The translations under genes and the position numbers were made by a program. Shown one piece after another: positions 52,983-64,000 of a DNA stretch of 64,000 nt. How positions within the stretch are numbered: the stretch's first letter is position 1; every line of letters begins with the position of its first letter. The stretch spans positions 437,198-501,197 of the forward strand of contig NW_018480078.1 of NCBI RefSeq assembly GCF_002113885.1, read 5' to 3'. The DNA is from Mizuhopecten yessoensis. Lineage: Eukaryota. A model generated the notes under the pieces. It ran no database searches and had not been told where the DNA came from. It saw nothing but the letters and a program-made list of their open reading frames with translations.

Positions 52983-54234
52983 ATTCAACAACTCTACAAA
53001 ATTATTATAATCAGGGTCAACGCAAGCATTCTTATGTAAATTTCAATGCAGTTACTATCTTACCAAGTCAACTGATGCATGTAATTTTATTTTTGTTTCA
53101 TTGGGATATCCTTTATTTATGATATGTTCATGATTTGCTTGACAGGTCACTGGAACTTTTAAACACAATGGGGCAATTTTATTCAATTTAAAATTTAATA
53201 ATTTCAAGGCTACTTTTTTTTTTTTCAGATTGTTTTCATCACCAAATGCTTAAAGGTGAACAAATACAATCAATTAGGTAGAGGAGGAACAGCTTGAGAG
53301 GCCAACAAGCCAAGTTAGGTGGCGCCTTAAATGCTAGTCTGGAAATGATTACCACAATAGACCATAATATGTGTCAACGGATACGACTGAGCTAAATAAT
53401 ACAAGACGTACGTAACCTGCCTTAAGGTATAAGAATGAAATGACGAACCTTTCTCAGACCTTATCTTGAGGTAATCAACTTCATTCTAATTTAAACAATA
53501 ATACAGGAAAGTCTCTGCTAAAAAAAGGTTTTCCATTTTCAGCAACAACATGACATTTAGAAAATAAGGTTATATGTTATATCTTTATGTTAGCAGCAGA
53601 ATTAGTCCTCACCCCGTATATATAGCTGCTACTCAAGTTCCAAAACTCATCAAATTTTCACCGGTGAAGATTAAAGTCGGTATATATACTTCCCTGCCTT
53701 ATAGTAGATGTGATCATAGTAATTTGTCGAGAACAAAAGCAATTTCTACAAGCTGAACCTTTTTCTATGAAATGAAAAGTCAACATGTGACTTGTAGATT
53801 ACATTTCAATCTGTGGTTTAACAGAACTTATCTGTAGGCAGTTGAAAAGTCACCTCGCTCGATCAACTGTTGTTCTCAAAGTGGAGCCAGATATTGAAGA
53901 AACTAGCCCTAATGTAGAATCTATTAGCACAGGGCATTTGACTAGTGGAATTGTATATCCCTTGTTTTTTTCTGATGAATTGCAAATTGTGATATGTAAA
54001 CTTGGGTCAAATAACACATTTAAAAAAAAAAAGATGAAACTTGGATAATGGTTACATTTAAGTTGGTGATTTTTTTTTTCATAATATGAATAATCACTCT
54101 ATTAACTGATAACATACATATAGCATGATGATGCTCATTTTTATAGACATGTTTTAATTTGATAAACAAACTGAACATATCATTACCACGAAATTTACTA
54201 TACATTTTGATAAGACTGATTACATAAGACCAGA

Positions 54235-54412
54235 GTATGCTGAACTTGTTAAAGCCATTTTTCCGGCAATATATTTACAATTAAATTTTGCACCATGAAT
54301 TCGAACTGAACCCTTTTTTCCAGCATTATTTCTAACCTTAAATTTCACACCATGAACTGCTGAAGACCTTTTCTTGCCGCAATATTTCTAACCTTAAATT
54401 TCGTACCATGAA
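54235..54412. repeat. ~57-bp tandem repeat, 3 units
   Basis: TTAAATTT...ACCATGAA three times. Confidence 0.8.
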
Positions 54413-54755
54413 ACGAATTTTTTAAGCTCCTGCTTACATCATCAACAGAATAAAATATAAAGTACAATAAGAAAGACAACTTCTCAATCAAAATTATTAT
54501 TAAGATTGATGCTTTCACCAATACATAACATTTTGAGTCAAATACATTTTAATGGTGAATGGTACTACAATGTCATTTCACGTTGTTCAAGGTGACGATT
54601 TCTAGATCTCCTACACACCACGGAAGCCTGACTGGGACTTTTATTGAATAAGATGTCAGAATATGTTGAGAGGTTTTAAGTAGTACTGATAGCTTCTATG
54701 CTTAAAGTTACACCTTCTGCACCTTAAGTGATCTTCCTGATTGTCGAAACATTCT

Positions 54756-54815
54756 CGTTAAGATATATTGTGTTACAAGTGTAATATTACACTTGTAACA
54801 CAATATATCTTAACG
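54756..54815. repeat. Perfect 60-bp spacerless palindrome
   Basis: CGTTAAGATATATTGTGTTACAAGTGTAAT|ATTACACTTGTAACACAATATATCTTAACG. Confidence 0.97.
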
Positions 54816-54827
54816 TTGTCACTTAAA

Positions 54828-55540
54828 GGATCCCTGTCCCACATCCTTGATATCCAGGGGTTACTCTAACTTTCGCTCTCTGCACCCTTGGAGTATGTCA
54901 TAGCAAAATCGAAGGCTCAGTGTGCAACCCCTTGTGAATAAGATGAGAAGGCTAGTTTGATCCTTTGATGTACATGAGAAGAATCTGGCGGTCGCGTAAC
55001 GGTTAAACTTATTGGCTTTGAAGTCAGGCGTCGATCCTCTGTAATTTTCAAAGGACAAGCAAGTATCAGCCTAGTGTTTGGTCAGGTTCTTTTACCCGAC
55101 ACCAATCAAATAGCTAGCTGCGTGCCTTCAATTTTGCTATGACATATTCCAGGGGTGCAGAGAGCGAAAGTGAGCATAACCCCTGGATATCGAGGATGCC
55201 TGTCCCGTTGCATGTTTTTTTTACCTGTACAGAGTAACCTCCCCTTGACTACTGTTTAGATATTAGTGTCACACACAGTTGGGGCGGGAAACTTCTGTTG
55301 ACCTCACAGGTAGCTCAATCTGAAGTCTGGGGTTACAATCTCGGTCTGGCCCCGATGAACTATTTTACATTCAGAACACTGCTGTTCATTATATTTTGTT
55401 TATTTCACCTTTATCATTTTTCATAAAAGTCCTGCAAGGTATGGTTTTCTTTCAGTAATGATTTATCAAAGCTCTAGTCATGCCGGTAAAAACAGTTACC
55501 AACACTTATATAGTTACCGGTTCTGACAGTACAGGGATCC
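54828..55540 (+). mobile_element. Family K element, copy 4, interrupted by a nested MITE
   Basis: GGATCCCTGTCCC...GTACAGGGATCC; internal segments colinear with other copies; tRNA-like part internally deleted. Confidence 0.78.
54842..55198. mobile_element. 357-bp MITE with ~75-bp TIRs and 9-bp TSD (Mutator-like)
   Basis: CATCCTTGATATCCAGGGGTTA.../...TAACCCCTGGATATCGAGGATG; flanks CCTGTCCCA (54833-54841) and CCTGTCCCG (55199-55207). Confidence 0.88.
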
Positions 55541-56292
55541 TCAGGTCAGTAAATTTCCTATATCAATTATATATTTGGACGAAGACTATAATGGGTTTGA
55601 TTATAAACTAGGGTTTGATAACTAAATGAATGCCGAGTTGCAAGAATGGCTGTACTAAAAAAAAATAGTTAATCTGTGAGAATGAGACTTTGACGAGTTA
55701 AATTGCTGAGCCGAAGTCCTAGATGTATTATCAGAAAGTTCTTTAACCAGAATGAGAATTAAATTGCTTGTCTGACAACATTCAATCTGCAGGGAGGTGC
55801 ACAACATCTACAAGTGTTACATGGAAAGAACACGTAACATGGACATTACGTAACATAAAACGTCTTATAACATTAATGAGCATACAGAAATATTAACGAG
55901 CACGCAATGTTCTATGCGCAAGATGAGCGCAGAATTGACTTATGTTGCATGTCACAACCCCATGTAATTCTATGATACATCTTAATGGAGGTCAGACAAA
56001 ATACGGCTACAGATAATACATTCAATTACTTATAAATATATTTATCTGAGGATATCACAACGCAATTTATTGATGGTTGTTTACTGGTTGCAATATAATT
56101 TCATTTCTATAAAGTACATTTAAACTACGGATGGTTGTTCAAATTGAAATATAACATCATGTGACTATAGTACTAGTCTGGCATAATTTGTTGGTTTCAT
56201 TGATAACACCTGCAATTCATTTCAGAAAAAAGGGGCTGATCCCATTTTCTCCATTTTGAAACCAATATGTATGTACAGTGAAGCTTTAAGAC

Positions 56293-56615
56293 CAACACCT
56301 ATGCCAAATACAGCTTAAACAACATCACCTATGCCAAATACAGCTTAAACAACATCACATATGCCAAATACAGCTTAAATAACATCACATATGCCAAATA
56401 CAGCTTAAACAACATCACCTTTGCCAAATACAGCTTAAACAACATCACCTATGCCAAATACAGCTTAAACAACATCACATATGCCAAATACAGCTTAAAC
56501 AACATTACATATGCCAAGCAAAGCATTAACAAAAGCAAAGATGCCAAATGAGGCTTAAAAACAGCATCTATGCCAAGAACAACTTAAAGAACATAATGTG
56601 CATATGTCAAAGGAA
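56293..56615. repeat. 30-bp minisatellite grading into the 29-bp array
   Basis: Unit AACATCACCTATGCCAAATACAGCTTAAAC. Confidence 0.9.
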
Positions 56616-57470
56616 GCTTGAAGAACATTATGTAGAAAGGCAAAGCTTGAAGAACATTATGTAGAAAGGCAAAGCTTGAAGAACATTATGTAGAAAGGCA
56701 AAGCTTGAAGAACATTATGTAGAAAGGCAAAGCTTGAAGAACATTATGTAGAAAGGCAAAGCTTGAAGAACATTATGTAGAAAGGCAAAGCTTGAAGAAC
56801 ATTATGTAGAAAGGCAAAGCTTGAAGAACATTATGTAGAAAGGCAAAGCTTGAAGAACATTATGTAGAAAGGCAAAGCTTGAAGAACATTATGTAGAAAG
56901 GCAAAGCTTGAAGAACATTATGTAGAAAGGCAAAGCTTGAAGAACATTATGTAGAAAGGCAAAGCTTGAAGAACATTATGTAGAAAGGCAAAGCTTGAAG
57001 AACATTATGTAGAAAGGCAAAGCTTGAAGAACATTATGTAGAAAGGCAAAGCTTGAAGAACATTATGTAGAAAGGCAAAGCTTGAAGAACATTATGTAGA
57101 AAGGCAAAGCTTGAAGAACATTATGTAGAAAGGCAAAGCTTGAAGAACATTATGTAGAAAGGCAAAGCTTGAAGAACATTATGTAGAAAGGCAAAGCTTG
57201 AAGAACATTATGTAGAAAGGCAAAGCTTGAAGAACATTATGTAGAAAGGCAAAGCTTGAAGAACATTATGTAGAAAGGCAAAGCTTGAAGAACATTATGT
57301 AGAAAGGCAAAGCTTGAAGAACATCATGTAGAAAGGCAAAGCTTGAAGAACATCATGTAGAAAGGCAAAGCTTGAAGAACATTATGTAAAAAGGCAAAGC
57401 TTGAAGAACATTATGTAGAAAGGCAAAGCTTGAAGAACATCATGTAGAAAGGCAAAGCTTAAAGAACATC
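56616..57470. repeat. Near-perfect 29-bp minisatellite, ~29 units
   Basis: Unit AAGCTTGAAGAACATTATGTAGAAAGGCA; variants only in the last few units. Confidence 0.97.
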
Positions 57471-57980
57471 ATGGGAGAGGAGATGGAAGACAAATTGGGA
57501 GAAATAAGGAAGGGAAATTAGGAGGGGAGATGGAAGGGCAATCGGCAAAGGAGACAAAAGAGAAAATTGGAAGGGAGACTGGGAAAGGTAAGGGAGGGGG
57601 AAATTTGGAGGGGAGACATAAGGGAACTATAGGTAATGGACAGGAAAAGGACCAGGTGGGGCAAAGAAAGGGCAACTCAGAAAAAGAAAAGGGAATTGAA
57701 AACTTCTTTGGGGAAAAGAAGAGGGAAGTGAAATGGAAAGTGGACATGCAGACAATAGAGGGAAGGAAGGGAAAGAGATAGAAGAGGAAGGATTAAGGGG
57801 AACAAAAGATAGAGAGAATGAAGGGGAAGACAAAGACGGAGAATAAGAAGATATGCAGTTAGTGCCGAAGCTATATATGGAATGTATGAATATGTACGTA
57901 TATTCCAAGGGGAGAACTAGCCGGGACGACAAATGTTGAAAATTCAAGGGAGGGGGAAGAAAAAGGGAGAAAAGGAAGTG
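57471..57980. repeat. Purine-rich low-complexity tract (polypyrimidine on the gene's sense strand)
   Basis: Almost exclusively G/A on plus strand. Confidence 0.85.
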
Positions 57981-60900
57981 TCAAAGCTATATCTGGTACA
58001 TCTACTCCTGGAGAGAACCGGACACCGGTTTATAATAACACTCATGATCAGACAACAAGGACATTAATATGGATTATGACTACGTCTGGCAGACAGGACA
58101 GAAATGTGTGACACAACCAACTGGGTTTTTTCTACTCTGTTGAATGTCCATTTGTCTTGTCTAACAGTAAATAAGATATATTTCAATCTAAACAAGAACC
58201 TTCTGATGTGTTTGTGTTTGTTCCTTATACATTGCATTTCTTTTGCGAAAAGAATTCCTTAGAAATGACATAAATAGACCACGTCATGCAAAATCCTGAG
58301 AATTCTAACCCGACACCTAACTAATAAATTATAGCCAGTAAAGCAGGGGATGTCAATGAACACACATTCCCAGAACTTTGAAAATGACACATGGACAAGA
58401 GAGAGAAATAGAACAATATTTCTCCCACAACCACTATAGGTTTCCTCACTTCCGACTCATCGGATAAATTAACCTGCAAGGAGTTGGTAAACATTTTTTG
58501 TTACCCATTAGTTACTGGGACGTTACACCTAGAGTTTAATTTGTCAATCTTTTAATAATGATGTCTCATAACAATGCTTTGTGCTGGTGTCTACCATTAT
58601 GATGTCATGATTCCTGGCAATTGAAGCATAAGGTTTTTTAGATAAATAAACATTTTGGGAGAGATTAAGGGCCCAAACTTGTAATGACTAGTTATCATGT
58701 CATGTTCATCTAACTCTCATTGATAAATTTTCAAATTGTGAAAAGACGCTTGGCAAACGACATGTCTTTATACAATTTCAAAGTTAACTTACTGAAGTTA
58801 GATAAACATGATCGATAACCAACCATTACTCGTAAGGTAACGTCTATTAACCCTCCTTTTCAAATTTCATAAAGCAGTCATTATTACTATATTCTCAACA
58901 AGGTAAGATCTGTGCGTTGAATACTTCCTCTCCATACAAAAAAAACACAATTTTTTCATGCACATTACCCCTTAATTTGAGATAAGGAATGTATGTGGAT
59001 ATCTCCCTAATTGGAAGTTTCAGAGGTTGACATATATGACCCTGTACAAACCTAGAACGTATGAATAATGACATATGGGCAAGGGAAATACAGAAACCAA
59101 TGCCTCAAAAGCTTGAGGTCTGCAAATCCCTAATTCTGTTATTCAAAGTTTCCACATCAGCTTAAAAACAGGTTGTTATAATTCTTCTAAAGACTTTTTC
59201 AAAGAAGAATATTTTTTAGTTTAACCTTCAAATGTTTTAAGTTCTGAAATGTTAATAAATTTTTAAAAATCATGACAAATACTTAATATTTTAAGAGATT
59301 TTTTTTAAATTTGAAGTCCCTAAAGTTGTTCATTAAGATGACAAATATGTGAAGGATTTCATCTCAGAGGGTCTCTCCATCAGTATAACCATTAGGGCCA
59401 TCACTCTGTTTGTTCAAATGACCAATGTCTGATAAACTATTCATAGAACTAGACTGACCAGAAGTGGTCAGAACAGATGACGTCCTTGAGATTCAATTGA
59501 CCATTAAATGGACAGATGTTGTGGCTGGCTTTATTTAGAAAAAAGAAAAAAAAAATATAATGAGAGATCACTTATTTGGTTTCATGCATAACATTTATAA
59601 ACACAACAGTTTCTGACATCTTGAAGATACAGACTTACAGACATGTGACCTCAACTGATACAAAATTGTAAAGCTCCTGCTGTCTGATCATTGCCGATCA
59701 AAAAATGGTAATTTTTGGATGAAGAAAAGACATCCTATTTTAGGATAAGGGTTAAACATTTTAAACCATGGCCATTAAATACTGACATTTTAATAACTTT
59801 CTACAACAAAAAGAGGCCCAGAAATAGGTAAGGTTCGGAGCAAAAGAAGTCTGCCCTGCATTTTTATACTTTTTAAAACAATTTGCAACAACTTTGAATC
59901 AAAAGTACCATTTTAAACTCCCATTTTGAGACAGACAGAGGCTAATTTCACATTGCTCACCAATTTTATAATAAAAATAATAAGTTTCACAGACTGTCTG
60001 AATCTTAAAATATGCACTCATTATTTTCTGTGCAGTAGAATTTCGAAACTTGTGTCAAATTAAATCTGATTGGAGTCAAATTTAAGAAAAAGTCTATTTA
60101 AAAATCGTATAATTGATGTTTGCAAAGTTAATTACAACCAAAATGTCTCCATTGATGAAAGTCAATTGCAAGCAAGTTTAATTATACCAATTTAATACCG
60201 GAAACTAATTTTTAATCAAATCCTGGCAATTTTCAAAATTATTTTCATTTTATGAAGTACTCGATCGTGTAACATCAATTTCAAAGTTTCCTGATAAAAC
60301 TTCTGCTCAAAAATATAAATGCTACACACGTTAATTTGAATATATTTTTTTTAGAAAATTGTGCCCAGAAAGAAATGGATTCTGACTTCCCTACCATTGG
60401 GAGACCTATTCCTGCTGAACACTTTTCACCAGAACTTCTAATCAAAGATAATTTGGTTAGCTGTGTAAAATTTTATTTACGCACCAAAATGCACCCTCAT
60501 GCTGATTTACGAATGGATTTTGACAAATCAGATTGAAATCTTCACTGAAAAGACATGTAATGTTCTGTTGAGATATCATTGCGCTGATCAATTCAATAGA
60601 ATGGGCATCTCGACCCTGGCTGTATAGGTTTGTCAGAATCTTACTATACAAGTCAAGTCAGTATTTACAAAATATTTGTTTTTTATCATTTGCGAATTCT
60701 GTAAATTAAGTTGGCTAGGTAAAATAATGCCATCCTGAACAATAACAGCTTTTTCTAAAAACTTAATTATAACCAACTATTGGAAGAAATTCTTTAAAAG
60801 ATTTTCTTTCGTGAATTTTTTTCGGGCTACATATATTTTCCTCATTTATTTTTTCATGAATGTTTTTATTTATGTTTCAACATTTTTGTTCACATCAATA

Positions 60901-63719
60901 AATCACCTTTTTTTAACCAGCTAGACAATCAATATTTGGTAATACCCTATATGTACAGATATCTTGAGCAAAAGAAATGTTGTAAACCCCAGATTCCCAC
61001 AGAAAATTACATCGACAAATGCAAATTCTCATCACAACAAAGGGGAACGTTACATTTCTTTAATTATCTGTGTATATGCAGAGTTTAGCTAAAGGTTGTT
61101 CATCCGTAGATTATTAGACACTTTGAAACTGATGACAGAATCCGTTTTACTGCAAGACTTCAGTAACAGGAAACTGAACTCTATAGCTTCCCAGGCAGAT
61201 CGCACAGTCTCGGTAAAATCACGAGTAATCACGGCCAATTTTAATGCAGTGTCATAAAACCACCAGAACATTTTGTTTGCATGTTTTCAAGAAGTTATTG
61301 AACACAATTAAAAGGCGTATTTGTTCTTCACATGGAAGAATATATATAAAACAGCGAGCCTCAAGGTGAAAACACGAGTCACATGTCTATACATTTACTG
61401 TCAACTACGAGATTAAAGTCAAGATACACAGTCTGTGGAGTCAGCAAATGAATTTATCGAGATGTAAACAATTAAAGCAAATGCAGATAGCAGCAGTACA
61501 TGTTGTAATAATGGGTTACGATTAATTAAACAATAAAACCAGCTTATCACCGGGAAAATGTGTCGGCGTTGCCCTACAGCAATCGGCATCGTCGTAACAG
61601 ACATGCAAACAAAATCAATTGCAATTATATATTTACTAATATCTTATTGTCTTGTAGTGTGCAGTATTTGTTACAAGTATCTGGCATTCATTCAAGAAGG
61701 TGTTGTTTATATCAGATTTATTTTTGGACACATGAGGAAGAACAGAGATTCTTTATCTATTCAATGTGTGATTGTATTTTTGATAACTGTACAGTTATAT
61801 TGCTCTTTATGACTCCCTGACGTGAGGTTAATTTTCACATTTCTCCTACAAACTCCATCACGTATTTCCCTTCCAGGTTCTTACACCAACTTACACTATT
61901 GTACACTTTTTGGAAACATTATGGAAAGAACGTTTGGTGTTGGATCAATAAAGTTCCGTTTAGTGATATCACCGAGGGGTTAGACAGGGTGCTGCAATGT
62001 CCATGGCTTTGTTATAGTTGTCACTGATCAAGAGGAGTAAAAGACAGGATTACTCTAGGCCTATATATATGTGTGCATCAAGCATATTACATAAGATTTT
62101 TAATGCTACAAATCAATATATAAAAAAATAAACACATGAGTGGATGTTCTTCTGAAATCATGAAGATCATGAACTATTGCATACATGTGGATGTTGGTTC
62201 TTAGGGGATCTTAATCCCAACTTTCTTTTTAAATCAATATACAGAATGGTAAAGTTAAATTGGTTTGTCAGAGTGAAGCTGATATGTGCATGCAATATGT
62301 TTTTATTACATTAACAATATAAATATAGTAAATTCATCAAGCCACAAATCATGTTTGTAAGGACGTAGACAAGGAGACCCCATTGTAGCCTGATGTTTTA
62401 CGGAGGTTCGATTCCAATACAATAAAATCACCCTACTGCTTATCATTTGAAATTCAATTTAAGTAAATTAAACTTTAAACAGCACCAACATCTTTATCAT
62501 GTATGTTTTGTAAATATATGCAGCTGTTCTGGACATAATCAAATAAAAAAATATTGCTTTGACTTTTTTGTTTATTTGCTTTAACACTTCTAATATAGCA
62601 GAGTGATCTCCCTTTGTATTAATATAAATTGTAATGCAATACCTGAATGAATAAAAAGGTTATTTCAAAGAAGATAATAATTCTTTCGCATATTTATCCT
62701 GTTACAAATTAGGACACATTCTGGACATAGCTTAATTGCAAAGGACTGGTTTGATTATGATCTATCTAAGTTGTCAAAATCAGAATCACAAACATGTAAA
62801 TACATGCATAACTAATTGAAATATCCCTACAGCCCCCTTCAACGCAATACACACAACCTTAATTACCCATATCTGGGATTCTCTCTCTGAAAATATCTTG
62901 GCTACAGATGTGAGTATTATACATTTTGAACATCAAATTAGATATTGGAGGAAATTAACCCTAACATTTTCATATAGGGTAGGTTACATGCAACTACAGC
63001 AAATTGAAGTGCAGTATCCCCTTTATAGAACCCATTCATCCCTTTGACATTCTTAGTTGTCAGACATACTATACCGGGTCAATATATACACTTAATATCA
63101 GAGGAAATTAATTTTGACCATTTACCATTGGTATCAATTTACCAGCACATTGTCAGTGATATATATACTGTTGACCTTACATAGGGAGGTCTAACCTATT
63201 AATGTTAGCCCTCTATCAGGGATTAGAGCATTAACGGCCAGCCTCGGAGATAAGGGATAATACCACCTCCATCATTCAAGACTTACTAGTCACATTACCC
63301 TTAATTACACATACATTGTACTGATATCACGACCTTGTGTGGGGCTTTATACCTTGCCTGAAATCAACTTATACAGAGATAAAGAATGGGGTCAGTATTT
63401 GTTTGACCTTGTCAGGAGTCAACTAGATTTGGTTAACCAGCTCCACTGTTGGCATATACTGCATGCAGATCAGCTTTTTTTCTAGCATATCTGTTTTGTT
63501 CCCTGCTTTTTATTGCTCAGGTGATGAAATGGCATATCACAGTCTGTTTTGATCCTAAGCATAATGATAATAGGTCAGCATCTCACCACCGCCTATACAA
63601 TCTTATGTCCGTCATCAAAAGTGACTTTGGTATGTGATGAGATGACAAAATATATCCTGTATTATGCCAGTACCGACTGAATATTAAGTCAGACATGAGT
63701 CAGCAAGTCATTAACACCC

Positions 63720-63893
63720 TTAACTCATTCACCCCTGAAATTTCATAATGAACTATTCCAACCTTTGAATTGGAAGAGTTCAAATGTGTCTTCAGAAGTG
63801 AATGAGTTCACTAAAGTCCTTCGTGATCCTTGTTATCAAAAAAGGCCTTATAACCATGAGTTCAAATGTGTGTTTAGGGGTTAATGAGTTAAT
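63720..63893 (+). mobile_element. Family A hairpin MITE plus an adjacent right-half copy
   Basis: Full copy 63720-63810; GAGTTCAAATGTGTGTTTAGGGGTTAATGAG|ttaa at ~63858-63892. Confidence 0.85.
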
Positions 63894-64000
63894 TTAAATT
63901 TATCTTGAACAAATTGAAATCATGAAAAAAATACTGTATAAAGGGAAATTGTTCGCAGCAGTTTAACTTTTGCCATTTTTGCCCTTTACTTCCCAATGAC

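Noticed and set aside
57469-57947. G/K/E-rich and P/S/F-rich ORFs
   Set aside because: Artefacts of a purine-rich low-complexity tract that lacks stop codons by composition

Overview
AT-rich animal genomic DNA. The repeat families (Helentron-type HINEs, V/Meta- and CORE/Deu-type SINEs) point to a mollusc, probably a bivalve; this is an inference. The only gene I can support is the 3' part of an RXYLT1/TMEM5 (ribitol-5-phosphate xylosyltransferase) orthologue on the minus strand. Four coding exons (30790-30691, 7644-7339, 5033-4863, 4288-3874) splice in frame through GT-AG introns of 23,046, 2,305 and 574 bp. I could not find the 5' exons in the remaining 33 kb, so most of the window is probably intron. 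The rest is a dense repeat landscape: about 14 copies of an 83-bp TTAA-flanked hairpin MITE and its relatives, four HINE-like elements, two tRNA-derived SINE families, a truncated DIRS-like retroelement, several TIR elements with clear target duplications and about ten minisatellite arrays. Nearly all ORFs in the supplied track are spurious. I cannot demonstrate a new biological system. The best candidate is a ~350-bp TTAA-flanked, Kolobok-like non-autonomous element (4 copies) that carries an internal tRNA-like Pol III cassette. One copy has seeded a 1.9-kb satellite from its terminus and two copies host nested insertions. All coordinates were read by eye; repeat boundaries are approximate.
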